From the NCBI RefSeq assembly GCF_009914755.1, contig NC_060938.1: a stretch of DNA of 64,000 nt. One strand, given 5' to 3'. The position numbers and the translations under genes were made by a program. The notes under the pieces are model-generated. The model had not been told where the DNA came from. It searched no databases and saw only the letters and a program-made list of their open reading frames with translations. Source of the DNA: the human T2T-CHM13v2.0 reference genome, Homo sapiens. Positions within the stretch are counted from its first letter, which is position 1. Each line of letters starts with the position of its first letter. Below, piece by piece: positions 1 through 14,190 of this stretch.

Positions 1-150
1 TAGGTTCCCACGCCGCCCCTAATCCCGCTTGAAGCAGCCCTGAGAAACATCGCCCATTCTCTCTCCATACCACCCCCCAAAAATTTTCGCCACTCCGACA
101 CTTCAACACTATTTTGTTTTATTTTTCTTATTAATATAAGAAGGCAGGAA
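1..150 (+). mobile_element. HERV-H internal 3' end with polypurine tract (provirus continues upstream of the window)
   Basis: Typical HERV-H 3' internal sequence ending in the purine tract AAGAAGGCAGGAA (138-150), directly abutting the LTR7 start TGTCAGGCC. Confidence 0.9.
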
Positions 151-603
151 TGTCAGGCCTCTGAGCCCAAGCCAAGCCATCCCATCCCCTGTGACTTGCA
201 CATATATGACCAAATGGCCTGAAGTAACTGAAGAATCACAAAAGAAGTGAATATGCTCTGCCCCACATTAACTGATGACATTCCACCACAAAAGAAGTGT
301 AAATGGCCGGTCCTTGCCTTAACTGATGACATTACCTTGTGAAAGTCCTTTTCCTGGCTCATCCTGGCTCAAAAAGCACCCCCACTGAGCACCTTGTGAC
401 CCCCACTCCTGCCCGCCAGAGAACAAACCCCCTTTGACTGTAATTTTCCTTTACCTACCCAAATCCTATAAAACGGCCCCACCCTTATCTCCCATCACTG
501 ATTCTCTTTTTGGACTCAGCCCGCCTGCACCCAGGTGAAATAAACAGCCATGTTGCTCACACAAAGCCTGTTTGGTGGTCTCTTCACACAGACGCGCATG
601 AAA
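151..603 (+). mobile_element. LTR7, 3' LTR of HERV-H
   Basis: Starts TGTCAGGCCTCTGAGCCCAAGCCAAGCC and ends CACACAGACGCGCATGAAA; 453 bp; duplicated U3 block TTAACTGATGACATT; TATAAAA 467-473; AATAAA 539-544. Confidence 0.95.
467..544 (+). promoter_or_regulatory. LTR7 TATA box and polyadenylation signal
   Basis: TATAAAA at 467-473 and AATAAA at 539-544 in the expected LTR order. Confidence 0.75.
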
Positions 604-925
604 GAAACATTTAATAGGGGCTTATGAACAGAAGCAAGGTCTTGGCCGTGGGATGGTAGATCCCACACCAACCTCCAGAAAGTATTCTTTATATAGCAAG
701 CTTTTTTGGTAAAATATGTGCAGCTGGTCATGTCTCAGACCATTTTATGAAACTCTTGTTTGCTGAGGAAGTTAGATAGCATCTTTATGAGGGATTATCT
801 ATGCTACAGGCATTGTTTCTTGGCCTTGCAGAACACCTTGCTAGCAGGAGTCAAATATCAGTCATTATACCTGCTTAGTTTCAAGATGACATCACTCCTG
901 CCATGCAACAGGCTGTTTCCCTATA
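604..925 (-). mobile_element. Older LTR fragment (LTR47-like) interrupted by the HERV-H insertion
   Basis: Reverse complement starts TATAGGGAAACAGCCTGTTGCATGGCAGGAGTGATGTCATCTTGAA, resembling a recalled LTR47-type start; family name uncertain. Confidence 0.5.
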
Positions 926-3900
926 GTTCCTTGATTGCTATACATTATTTTATTTATTCACAATCATTTAGCAAGAGTCAGGTATATGCCCAGTGATATA
1001 TGGGAAGTTATTTGTATGTTATAATATACTACTTGAAAAAACTATTCAATGTATGCAGAACAAGTCAATCTTCAATTGGAAACTGTGGTAGGCCAGTGAA
1101 ATAAAATAAAACCATCTCCCTGTTATTAAATATATAATTTCACGTAAGTATGAAATTAAGTATTATAAAATTCCTGTTCAGATCCATATTTGCTACCAAA
1201 ATAGATGAGTCCATTTCTAAATACTTTTCAGAAAAATATAGTGTAATTATATAATAATGGGAAATTTGAAAATATTTTCCTGGAAAATTATTTAAAACTA
1301 ACTGAACATAATAGAAAACTGGACAGATTTTCTTAAAAACATTTTCAAAATCCAGTTAGAAAACTATTATTCAAGAAAGAAAACTTGCTGTGCTAGTAGG
1401 TATCTGTTTTTAGTATATTGAACAAATAGATATTTCAGACTATAATGAAAGCAGAGCCTTTTTTTCCTCTATTAATTTGATGGAATGATCTTCACACCTA
1501 GTCAAAATAGTTCAGTAGAAGGTCACACAGAGAATATCCAGAAAAGAAGTATAAAGAAAATAATAAAAATCTGTGCTGAAATGATAGATACTTTATTGTA
1601 ATCCATGAAAGATTATTGAATTAGATATTGTAATTCTTTTTTTTTTTTTGCCATCTTATTAATCTTTGCAGACAATTGGGCATATAATCAATAAAATATT
1701 CCTAGTAGCAAGTTCATCTAAAATTGGCTGCAGTGTTTTATGCTATTGAGATCATAACTCTAGGCTATTACCTTTTCTAACAAAAAGTCAGCTTTCAATG
1801 AAATCCAGCAGAGAAAATATGTATGCCTGGGGGACAGAATACTTTTCACCCTTATAGGCACTCAAATAGAATCTTTTTTACTCACCATCTATTGTTCATT
1901 CTGCCATCATAAATTTTAAAGATTTCACGAATTGTTTTCAGATAAAACAATGACCATTTTTCTACTGAAATTCCTCAATATGTCCCAACAGAAAACACCA
2001 TATTCCACATTTTCTGCAATCATTCTACGTATATGATTTTCTTGAGATGGGAAACAAAGAAACTTAACAGTAGAGAAAATAAACTCTGCTCTACTTTTAG
2101 AGTTTGGCTTTTCAGGAGAATGTAATAAAAGAGGTACAGGTTCAGCCTACGAATGTACAAGACAAGATAAATATTTGTGCAGTACTTTCCAACGCAAAGG
2201 AAAGGCAACAAAAATTTGGAGAGTAGGACATTTTCCCAAACATAAATAAGGGATTTATTCACAAAAAGGGAAAGCATTAAACTGGGTTTTATAGGAAATG
2301 AATAAGCCTGAGAGGATTTTTATCTCTAATGAAAGTATCACGGATCTTGTATGGGGAAGTGTGCAAATGGATTTAAGGAACACATTGGGATGGAAGACAG
2401 AAGACTGGAGTCACAGCAAGGAGGAACAAAGGCCATCAGTTCCTGAAAGATGAGTATAGTTGGTATAAAGCACAGGAAGTTAATAAATTCATTATGAGAA
2501 AACTTCTTTAAATTTAAAACATAGTCTCCTTAAGCACACCAGTTTAGTTGTTGGATAAGTTTTAATATTTACTAATATTCCTGAAAAATAGAGATTTAAA
2601 GGGAGAAAATAAAACTGGTATTGTGATATATTTTAATTTTCATATTGAACTGTAAAAGATTATGGCTATCTCACCAATATTAATTGAAAAGTAAAGGTTC
2701 TTTTTTAAATGAATCCTATTTTTATGTTAAAATTTCAATATGTTGATTAATAACTGAATAAATAAGTGGATAAATACATAAGTAAAGGACAAATCCTAGT
2801 ATATACTTAAAATTATCTTATCTCTTATTATTCTTTAAAAGAGGAAAGCATAATCATAAAATTAGAGTCTCAGACTCACAATCCCTTAAATAATTTCCCC
2901 TGTTCTAATTGAGGTGAAAAATGTATTTTATTTATCCCTTTCCGTATACTTTCAAGTGTGTTGGCTGGAATACTATATTTAAGCATGCACAATTACCGAT
3001 TTGCTTACTAGTTACCATTGAAAATAACCAATTCTAAGTTTTTGGCTTCTTTAGTATCTTAGCTTAAACCAAATCTGTGTGGTAGACCAGTATCCCATCA
3101 CACTGTCTATTTTTCTTCTATTGCAATAATTTGCTTCAATCATTTTAATTTAGATTTTTCCCTTTCATTCCTGTGGCTGCCACCTCTCAGGAGCCCTTTA
3201 CTGGCTTATCTCTCTGCTTTCAGGATGTGCTCACCATTGAATCTTTCTTCCCTCTCTGCCCACCAACACCATCAACAGTGTCTCTAAAATCTTGCAAATA
3301 ATCATCTCCCAAAAAATATTTTTTTCCAGATTAAAGACTGTTCAATAAGAGCTAGTTATCTATTCACAAATCCAAAACTATTATATTTGTAAAGCCTTTT
3401 ATTAACCGCAATTACTTTTACACCAATCTAATACATTTGTTTATTACCTGTTTCTCCCAAATTTATGTTTTTCACACTTTCTCAGCATAGTTATCCCATT
3501 TTAGCCAGGCTTACCTCTTCATTGTTTCTCAAACCTCCATAGACACTCCATTGCCATTTGTGCCTTTACGTTTTTTTATTTGTTTGTTTTAAATTTTTTA
3601 CTCTTTCCCAAATGTGTCTCCGAACTCTTTGGAATGTCTTCCTTTATCCTTCCCACATAACCAAGTAGTATTTATTATTTAACTACCAAATCAAATTTCA
3701 TTACTAAAGATTATAATCAGTCTTCTAGACATATAAATACAAATTGCACGTTGAATTCTATAGTTTCATACTTCACTATTTTCTGATTTGGTAAGTATAC
3801 AACACCAGAAGACATTCTGCTTTATTTCAAGTACAAGCACAGAAAGAATCATCCAAAACATGTACGCATTGTTCTTAATGAATGGTTTACCCATACAAAC

Positions 3901-4175
3901 CTATTAGATGTATTTACAGAGATAGGCTCTAGTAACCATGAATGAAGTCAAGGTCTCTCCTCTACCTGTTATTCTCTTATCACCCCACCTTCTTCCTTAA
4001 CTCATGCATCTCTGACATCTTCATGACACAGAACTTTCCTGAGTGGTCTCTTTGTTCTAACACCTGGTATGTTTCCCTGGTGAGTCACTTCCTCTGTACT
4101 TATGACCAAACATATTCTTCCTTTCTCCATTCTTCATAATCTTCATTCTTCTTTTATTTTCTTCTTCACCTTCTG

Positions 4176-4211
<36 letters not shown>

Positions 4212-4240
4212 AATATATTATATATATATTATATAAATAT
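4176..4240. repeat. (CT)n(AT)n compound microsatellite
   Basis: Direct reading. Confidence 0.9.
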
Positions 4241-4757
4241 AATGGTCTCATCTATTCACATGACTTTACCTGTATCTTGTAGGTGATAAAATTGTGTATC
4301 ATTGTATCTCCTTTTTGGTATCTCTCCTAAGTTCCACACTCAAATTTCCAAGAGTTTACAGAATGTATTCATCTGGATCCTTCTTTGCATATTACTTATG
4401 ATAGTTAGACTTCTTGATTACTTTCCTTTTCCAAATCCATGATTTTTCCTTTTACTATGTAATTAGTATCTTCTCAGGTATTCTTAACAAGTATCTCAGT
4501 TATGTTTTCTTCTGCCTTCCCCGGTCTCTGATGTCTTTCTGAGCAGTATTATTCACTTCTTGATATAGAACATGTAAAGGAAAAAAGTTTGTTTTTTTTC
4601 TTGTGGTTTTTTTTTCCTATGTTTGGAACAAAACTACTAGAAACTTCTTTATTTCACTTAGGTAATGTTCCAAAACTGATGGTAGACATTTCATTAAAAT
4701 AAAATACATTTTCTTTCGAAGGCAAAACAAATGTTTTTTAATTGTTTAAAAACTACA

Positions 4758-6128
4758 TTAATAATCACCAGTCTGGGCCAGGTGTGGTGGCTCACGCCTG
4801 TAATCCCAGCACTTTGGGAGGTTGAGGCGGGTGGATCACGAGGTCAAGAGATTGAGACCCTCCTGGCTAACATGGTGAAACCCCGTCTCTACTAAAACTA
4901 CAAAAAATTAGTTGGGCATGGTGGCGGGGACCTGTAGACCTAGTTGCTCCGGAGGCTGCGCAGGAGAATGGCATGCTCCACCCAGGAGGTGGAGCTTGCA
5001 GTGAGCTGAGATCACACCACTGCACTCCAGCCTGGGTAACAGAGCAAGACTCCATCTCAAAAAAAAAAAAAAAAAAAAAAAAAAATCACCATTCTGACTG
5101 GTCTAGGATGGTATGTCACTGCGGTTTTGATTTGCATTTCTCTAATGATCAGTGATGATGAGCTTTATTTTTTGTGTTTGTTGGCTGCATAAACGTCTTC
5201 TTTTGAGAAGTCTCTGTTCATATCCTTTGCTCATTTTTTGATGGGGATGTTTGGTTTTTCTTTAAAATTTGTTTAAGTTTCTTGTAGGTTCTGGGTATTA
5301 GACCTTTGTCAGATGAATAGACTGCAAAGTTTTTCTCCCATTCTGTAGGCTGCCTGTTCACTCTGATGCTAGTTTCCTTGGCTGTGCAGAAGCTCTTTAG
5401 TTTAATTAGATCCCATTTGTCAATTTTGGCTTTTGTTGCAGTTGCTTTAATAGATGCTGGTGAGGGTGTGGCAAAATGGGAATGCTTTTACACTGTTGGT
5501 GGGAATGTAAATTAGTTTAATGATTGTAGAAGACTGTGTAGCCATTCCTCAAGGATCTAGAACCAGGAATACCGTTTGATCCAAAATTCCATTACTGGGT
5601 ATATACCCAAAGGATTATAAATCATTCTACTATAAAGATATATGTACACGTATGTTTATTGCAGCACTATTTATGATAGCAAAGACATAGAGCCAACCCA
5701 AATGCCGACCAGTGATAGAATAGATAAAGAAAATGTTGCACATATATCCCATGGAACACTATTCAACCATAAAAATCAATGAGATCATGTTCTTTGCAGG
5801 AAAATGGATGAAGCTAGAAGCCATCATTCTCAGCAAACTAACACAGAAACAGAAAATCAAACACTGCATGTTCTCACTCATAATTGGGAGTTGAACAATG
5901 AGAACACATGGACACAGGGAGGTGGGCAACACACACCAGGGCCTGTCAGGGAGTGGGGGGCAAAGGGAGGGAGAGCATTAGGGCAAATACCTAATGCATG
6001 TAGGGCTTAAAACCTAGATGACAGGTTGATAGGTGCAGCAAACCACCATGGCACATGTATACCTATGTAACAAACCTGCATATTCCATGCATGTATCCTG
6101 GAACTTAAAGTAAAATTAAAAAAAAAAA
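4758..6128 (+). mobile_element. 5'-truncated L1PA (about PA7-PA10) with 5' inversion: 4758-5448 antisense, 5449-6128 sense with A-tail
   Basis: Antisense ORF2 3' sequence switches at 5448/5449 to sense AATAGATGCTGGTGAGG, then the 3'UTR ending GAACTTAAAGTAAAATT(A)n; degenerate TSD AAAAACTACATT / AAAAAGTATATT. Confidence 0.88.
4776..5083 (+). mobile_element. Alu (AluY-like), full length
   Basis: GGCCAGGTGTGGTGGCTCACGCC start, dimeric body, long A-tail; TSD AATCACCAGTCTG (4763-4775) / AATCACCATTCTG (5084-5096). Confidence 0.95.
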
Positions 6129-7551
6129 GTATATTGTCCGTATTCTTTAGATTCCACAGTTTGAAGTTGTATGATAAAATTATTGCAGGTGTCATTGTTA
6201 GGAAACTACATTTATTAGAACATACTTGCATTTCTTGAAATTGCCCCTCCCTTCGTAATAGGATTAGCCAAAGATTAGCTTGCACAAATGTGACTAATGA
6301 TTTCTTTACACAGGTAACAGATTGTAGAAGTCCGCAAAACTGAAAAGAGTATGGAAAAAAATATGAAAAGATAAAAAAAATGTAAAAACACATCTTGAAC
6401 ATTCTAGACCACCAAGGAGAGTTTTAAGAAGAAGTAGATCTTTCACATTTCCAAATGATCCAAGAAATAGAAAATTAAATTTTTTGCAAGTGAGATAAAT
6501 GTCTAGGTAGAATCAGACGGGTAAACCAACAACTGGAAAATGAAGTGTCTTTGTCAATCTTTCCCAGGACTTTTGTCTGTTTTTCTCTTCGCCTCTGTTT
6601 CTGCTCTGATATTGATGATTTTCTACTCTTTGCTTATCCTTCCATTTTTGAACAACTGCTCTAAGATAGAAATCAATAGGGCAACAGGGATTATACAGGA
6701 TGCTTTAAACTTTCAGGTGGACAGCTTCCCTGTCTGGGAGTTACCACAAATGGCTTTCCCTGAGAAACCACCTCTGATTTCATAAAACCACTGTTTTATA
6801 AAAGGTCCTCTTTCTGCTATTCTATGCACCCAAGGTTTGAAATTCATTATTTTTTTAGCTGTACCTTGGTGCCTATTGTAAAGCCTTTCATTGATTGACA
6901 GACGCCAGCTAGGAAAGTTTCCATGCGGTAAAACATAAGACATACTGTACTTAGAAAGCAGGAACAAGAATATTCCTGCTAACAAAATTTTGCCTCTTTT
7001 AAAACTGATAAAGTTGTTTAGCTGATAATTCTTTCCTTGATATAAAAAATATAAAATTATCTGTCAAACTATTGCATAGAATTTTATTGTTAAAAATAGC
7101 ATTATTTGTTTTTTGACAAAGCATTTTACTTTTTACAAATTAAGAGAAAGCCTAAACCAAAATATTTGGTATTTTGATGTAATGCCATCACAGTTGACTA
7201 ATATTTAGCCACTTACTAAGGGTAAAATGTTGATGAATGATGTGTCAGATTTGTCATACAACTAAATATAAACTAAATTGAACAATGGAAGATGAAAGAG
7301 AGGTTTATTTCTCCAGTTTCCAGGAAGCAAGTTTAATAAAGGAGAAAAAAAATCCTCTATCAATGGTATTTTTCAGCAATTAAAATGTATAAAACTATGA
7401 ATATATTGATATTCATAATGTATAGACATAATTTTATATATTATATATATGTGATATGTTGTTACCTACCTTAATATATACACATTTTATATAATACATT
7501 AAACATTCATTATTTTTATTATGTACATACTATGCAATATATATTTCTAAT

Positions 7552-10500
7552 ATTTTATTGTAGCAAAATACATATAACAAAAAATTGTACTGTCTTGACT
7601 ACTTCTAGGTATACAATTTGTAAGTATTAATACATTCATATTGTTTTGCAACCATTCCTCCCAGCCATTTCCAGAACTCATTTATTCTTGAAAAAATTGA
7701 AATTCTATAGCAATTAACCAATAACCACCTCTTTCCCCCTCCCCTCAGACCCTGAAAACAAGCTTTCTACTTTCTGTCTCTATAATTTCAACTACTCTAA
7801 GTACTTCATGTAAGTGGAATGATATAATGTTTTATGTTTTGTGATTGATATTTTACTTATAATTTCCTCAAGATTCAACTATGTTATGACATATATTATA
7901 ATTTCCTTCCTTTGTAAAGCTGAATAATTTTCAATGAATACATATATCACATTTTGCTTATCCATTTATTCATTCACGGGCACTAGAGTAGCTTCCATGT
8001 TTTGCTTTGTAAATAAGGCTGCTATGAATATGGATGTTCTAATATCTCTTTATGACCCTCTTTTCAATTCTTTCAAGCAAATATCTAGAAGTGAAATTGC
8101 TGTATCATATGCTATTTTTATTGTTTTCAGGAAACACCATACTATTTTCCACAAACATCTGTATCACTTTACATTCTCACCAACAATGTCCAAGTGTTCT
8201 AATTTCCCCACATGCTTGCCAATATATTTTCCATTTTTTATAGTAACCATTCTAATGAGTGTGATGTGGTATCTAATTGTAGTTTTGATATGTAGTTCCC
8301 TAATTTTTAGTGACTTTGAACATTGCACAATTTGTTGAACAATATTAATTGGGTTGCTTTTTGTTGTTGTTTAGTTTCAAGAGTTCTCTGTATATTCTGT
8401 ATAATAATACGCTGTCAGATATATAATTTCCAAGCATTTTCTCCCATTCTGTGGGTTGCCTTTTCACTGTGTTGGCAGTGTGTTTTGATGCATATTTTAA
8501 AAAAAAATTCCTTAGGTCAATTTATCTACTTTTTATTTTGTTTTCTGTGCCTTTGGTGTCATATTCAAAAAATAATTGCAAGACTAAATGTTTTGAATTT
8601 TCTGTCCTATATTTTATTCTAAGAGATTTTTAGTTACAGGTTTTACATTTAGATCATAGATCATTGAGTTCATTTTTATATATGGTGTTACGTAAGGTCC
8701 AACTTTATTCTTTTTTATGCGAACATACTATATGTTTTCCCAGCAGCATTTTTTGTAAAGATTGACTCTTCCTCTTCAAATGGTCTTGGCACCCTTGTGG
8801 AAAATCATTTAGACATATATTTTAAGGTTTATTTCTAGACTCTATTTCATAGGTCTGTATGTCTCTTTTTATGCTAGTACCACACTGTTTTCATTACTAT
8901 TGCTTTATAGTGAGTTTTGAAATCAGCTTGGTAGTGTGAATCCTCTAGCTTTGTTATTCCTTTTCAGGATTGTTTTAGCTATTTGGGATCCCTTGAGATT
9001 CCATATATATTTTAGTATGGGCTTGTCTAATTCTAAAAAACATGTCATTGTGATTTTTGATTGGGACTGCATTAAATCTGTAGATAGCTTTTGATAATAC
9101 TGACATCTTAACAATACTGAGGCTTCCAATCCATGAACATGGATATCTTTTAATTTGTTTATGCCTTCTTTAATATTTTCAGCAATATTTTGAAGTTTTA
9201 ATTATACAGTATTTTACTTCCTTGGTCAAATTAATTTCTAAGTATTTTATTCTTCTTGATGCAATTGTAAATGGAATCATTTTCTAAATTTTCTTTTCAG
9301 ATTATTTATTGTTAGTATATGGAAACATAACAGATGTTTCTGTGTCAACTCTATCCTGCTACTTTGTTAAAATCCTTTATTAGTTCTGATTTGAGGGGAA
9401 TCTAGATTTTTTCTACATAAGTAACTTGTTATCTATGAAAATAAATAATTTTGTTTTGCCTTACAATTTGGATTTTTTCTGCCTTATTTTATCTGACTCC
9501 AATTTCTAGTACTAAGTTGAATAGAAATGGAGAAAGTAAGCATCCTAGCCTTGTTCTTTAGTCTAAAAGAAAAGCTTTCAATCTTTCACCATTAAGGATG
9601 AGGTTCACTGTTTTTTTAATATATATATATTTCACTATGTTAAGGTAATTACTTTCTATTCCTAGATTGTTGAGTTTTTTTTTTTTTTTGAAAGTGGGTT
9701 GAATTCCGAGAAATTGTTTTTCTGCATCTATCAAGATGATCATATGTTCTTTTTTCCTTCATTCTGTTAAGTCATATATTATATTGATGACTTTTATGTG
9801 TTGAACTATACTTGAATTCCAGGAACAAATTCCACTTGGTCATGGTTTATAATTCTTTTAATATGTTGCTGAATTTGGTTTTCGAGTATTTTGATGAAGA
9901 TCCTTACATCAGTATTTATAACATAAATTGTTCTATAGCTTTCTTCTCTTTAACTGTGTGTGTCTGTCTTTGGTGTCAGGGTAATGCTAGACTAATAGAA
10001 TGAGTTGGAGTACGTTATTTCCTTACAAAATTATTAGGAAAGTTTGAGGAGCATTGGTATTCATTCTTTATTTTGTAGAACTCACTGGTGAAACAAACAG
10101 GTCCAGGGCTTTTCATTGCCAATAAATTTTTGATTGCTGATTTAATCATCATACCAATTATATGTCTATTAAGACATCAATTTTGTTGGTTTTCACAAAG
10201 CACCAACTTTCAGTGTCATTGGTTTTCTCTATTATTTTATATTCTATATTTTTTTAAAAATCTCTGTTCTGATACCTACTATTATTTTCCTTCTGATAGC
10301 TTTGGGTTTAGTTTCATTTATTTTCTAGTGTCTTACATTTAAAGTTAGATTGTTCATTTGAGATCATTTTTGCTTTTTAATGTAAGCACTTAAAGTTATA
10401 AATATTGATTTAACACTATTTTTGCTGTGTCCCACAATTTTTGTATGTTATGCTTTGGCATGTTATGTTTTCATTTTCTTTTGTTTCTAAGTATTTCATA

Positions 10501-12680
10501 GTTACCTCATGATTTCTTCTTTGATTCACTTGTTTAAGAGTATATTATTTAATGTTTTAAAAATTATGAATCTTTCAGTTTTTTCCTACTGTTGATTTCT
10601 AAACCCATCCCAGTTTGTTTGGAGAAGATACTATGCAAGATATGTATTATTTTAAATATACTGAGATGTGATTTGTGGAATAACATATGATCTATCCTGG
10701 GAAATGTCAGCTGTACACTTGGGAAAAATGTATATTCTATTTTTATTGGATAGAGTGTTCTTATAGATCTGTTAAATCTGTTGTGTTGTACAAGTACTCT
10801 ATTTTCTTACTTATCTTCTGTCTGGCTGTTCTATTATTGAGAGTGGAGTATTGAAGTCTCCAACTATTATTGTAGAACTTTTATTTCTATCTTCAATTTC
10901 ATCAATGTTTACTTTATATTTCTATGATCTATTACTATAAATGTAATTGTCTGTAATTGTTATGTCTTCTTGCTGCATTAAAACTTTTATTAATATAGAT
11001 GTCTTTAGTTGTCTTTTGTGTAAAATTTATTTATTTAAAGTTTATTTTGTCTAATATTAATATAGGTGCTCCTCCTCTCATTTGCTTACTATTTTTTCTA
11101 TGGAATATCCTTTTCCATCCTTATACTTTCAACCTACATGTGTCTTTGAATCTAAAGTGACTCTCTTATAGACAGCATATAGTTGGGCCACGTGTTTTTA
11201 CACCCTCTATTAATCTCAGGCTTTTGATTGAAATGTTTAAGCCATTTACATTTTAAGTAATTGTTAATAACTTACTTATGTCCTTTTGGTATTTGTTTTC
11301 CATATGCTGTTATTTTCCTCATTTCCTGCATTATCGTTTTATTTATTTGTGTGCTTATCTGATTTTTTTTTGTAGTTAAGCATTTAAATTCCTTTCTTAT
11401 TTCATTTTGTACCTATTTTTAAGATATTTTCTTTGTGGTTTTCATGGGTATTTAACAGCTGAAAGGTATAATGCTCTAATTTGAATAATTACAAGCCTAA
11501 CTTTGATAACATACCAAAACTCTATTCCTTTGATAACTCTGTTTCAGCCCATGTCAATTGTTGATGTCACAAAATTATACCTTTATAAATTGTGTCCAAA
11601 AACATAAGCTAATAATTTTAAAATGTATTAAACTTCTAAGTTATGTAAAATACAAATGTAAAGCTACCACCTAAAGTTACAATAATACTATCTTTGAAAC
11701 TAATAAGTGTCTGGGTTTTGAAAAATGTATTAATTGCTTAAATCATGCAGAAAACAAAAACTGGAGTTACACACCCTTGTTACAATAATACTAGCTTTTA
11801 TAATTATTCATATATTTATTTGGCTAAGATCTTTACTTCTCCTGATTGCTTCTAGTTATGCTAAAGTGTTCTTTCATCTCAACCTGCATGACTATCATTA
11901 GCATTTTTTGCAGAATATGTGTAATAATAAGGAGATATCTCAGCTTTTGTTTATCTGGTCATGTCTTAATTTTTTTCTCACTTTTGAAGAACAATATTGC
12001 CAGATATTGGATTCTTAGTTGACATTTTTTTCTTTTAATATCCAAAATAAATCATCCCACTGCCTTGTGGTCTCCAAAATTTCTGAAGAGAATTTTGCAG
12101 ATAATTTTAGTGAGGTTCTGGTATATGTAATGATTCACTTATCTCTTGCTCCTTTCAAAATTAACTCTGTGGGGTTTGACAGTTTGAGTGTAATTTCTCT
12201 AGTGTGGATCTTTTTCTAATTATTCTTCTTGAAGTTCATTGTCATATTTGGATGTTTATATTCATGTCTTTCATTGAGTTTGGGGAGTTGGGGTCATTAT
12301 TTATTCAAATACTTTCTCTGCCCTTTTCTCTTTCTCTTCCCCTCTTGGAACTCCCATAATGCAAATGTTGGTCTGCAAGATGTTGTCCCACAAACACCTT
12401 TTGCTATGTTCACTTTTCCTCAATGTTTTTATGTTTGTTTTTGTTCCTTAGACTGGCAATTTTTATTGTTCTATCTTCAAGTTTACTGATTCTTCTTTTG
12501 CCTGTTTACATATGCCTTTGAATTACTCAAGTAAAATTTTTATTTCATTTATTGTACTTTTCAGTTTAGAATTTCTTTCTGTTTTCTTTATATATTTTAT
12601 CTTTATTGATGTTAACATTTTGTTAATGTATAATTTTCTTGAGTTTCTCATCTTTTAGTTTTTTGAGCATCTTTAATACA
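7552..12680 (-). mobile_element. Old L1M (L1MB-type), about 5 kb, decayed
   Basis: L1MB-like 3'UTR at 7552-8300; ORF2-like peptide fragments on the minus strand (8923-9129 ...LDKPILKYIWNLKGSQIAKTILK; 9558-9743 IDAEK...NGERLKAF). Confidence 0.85.
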
Positions 12681-13279
12681 GTACAGATAGTAAAAATAGT
12701 TTACTATTATAGTAAAAATAGAACTCAGAGATGAGATATAACAAGGTTCTGATATTATATTACCACATGTATTTACTCTAGCAATATATAACTGATATAA
12801 GAAAAAGTAGAAGTAGAAATAAAAATGAAGATAATTCATTTTATTTTGTAGAACGTGTGTACAAGATTAAAATAAAAGTTTAGTTTAGAAATTTTGTCTA
12901 TTGCAATAAATATACTAGGTATTATTTCTCTATGGTAAAAGTGACTCATAACTGTGAACCAAAATAAGATTCAATTTTATTAAACTATTAATTTTAAAAT
13001 AATAATTTTCTGAAAACAAAGATCTAGACAATTATTATTGTTACTATTATTAGAATATAATGTTTTTGCTATCTCATATAGTAGTATTGCAGATATTTTC
13101 TAGTAGAAAGGAGTGTATTATACATAATATATGTAATTTTTTGGAATTTTTTTACTGTCTTGTGAAAATTAAAACACTTGATTTTTGTACATTACCTATG
13201 TATGTAATTAAAACTAGATCAATTAATCAGATAAAATAATAACTAGTCCTAGGAATTTGTGACACCTGGATCCTGGTAA

Positions 13280-14190
13280 CATTTTGTTTAGCTGTAGTAT
13301 ATCTTTTTCTATCCCTTTACTTTTAACCTGAGTCTTTATATTTTAACTGGATTTCTTACATAGAGCATACAGTTGATTATTGTTTTATTATATAATCTGA
13401 CAACCTCAGTTGTTTAATAGTTACATTTAAATTAGTCACATTTTAAGTGATAGTCACATTCATATCTACCATATTTATAACATTTTAATAGTCATTACAT
13501 TTCTTGTTTTTGTTCTTTTTTTGTCTTTTCTGGTTTTAATTGAATGTTTTATATGTTTCCATTTATCTCATATTTTATTGTATCAATTATATTTTAAAAG
13601 AACGTTTTAGTTGTTGCACTAAAGTTTCCAATATGTCTTTTTAGATAACTTAAGGCTACCTTCAAATAATACTATAGAACTTCAGGTGTAGTGCCGTTAA
13701 CTTGTAACAGAATATTCCTAATTGTTTTCCCCAGTTTTTATTAATACTGATTTGATTTATTTCCTTTATCAATACACTGTCATCACACAATAGATTATTA
13801 CTATTACTATTTTGAATCCAGAGGTCCATAAGATAAATTAAGAATGAGAAAAATAAAAGATTTTACTCATTTTATATATTCCTTATCAGACATTCTTTCT
13901 TCCTTTATGTAAAACCATGTTTCTGAATGTTATCATTTCTTTCTCCCTAAAAACATTTTCTCTAATTTTTTTTTGGTGACATATCCTGCAGGGTTTTTTG
14001 TTTTGTTTTGTTTTGTTTTTTGTCTTAGAAAACCTTTGTTTCTCCATTTATAAAGGACAATATTACTGGATATATGATTCTAGGTTGTTGAGTTTTGTCC
14101 TTTAAACACTTTAAATATTTCATTCCATGCTCTTCTTGATTGCATGATTTCTGTTGACAAGTCCACTGTAATTTCTCTTAGGTAATTTGT
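13280..14190 (-). mobile_element. Old L1M fragment
   Basis: Resembles antisense L1M ORF2-start and inter-ORF sequence, similar in character to 11100-12100. Confidence 0.6.

Noticed and set aside
153-731. Minus-strand ORFs of 69 and 71 aa
   Set aside because: Antisense readings of LTR7; common spurious peptides
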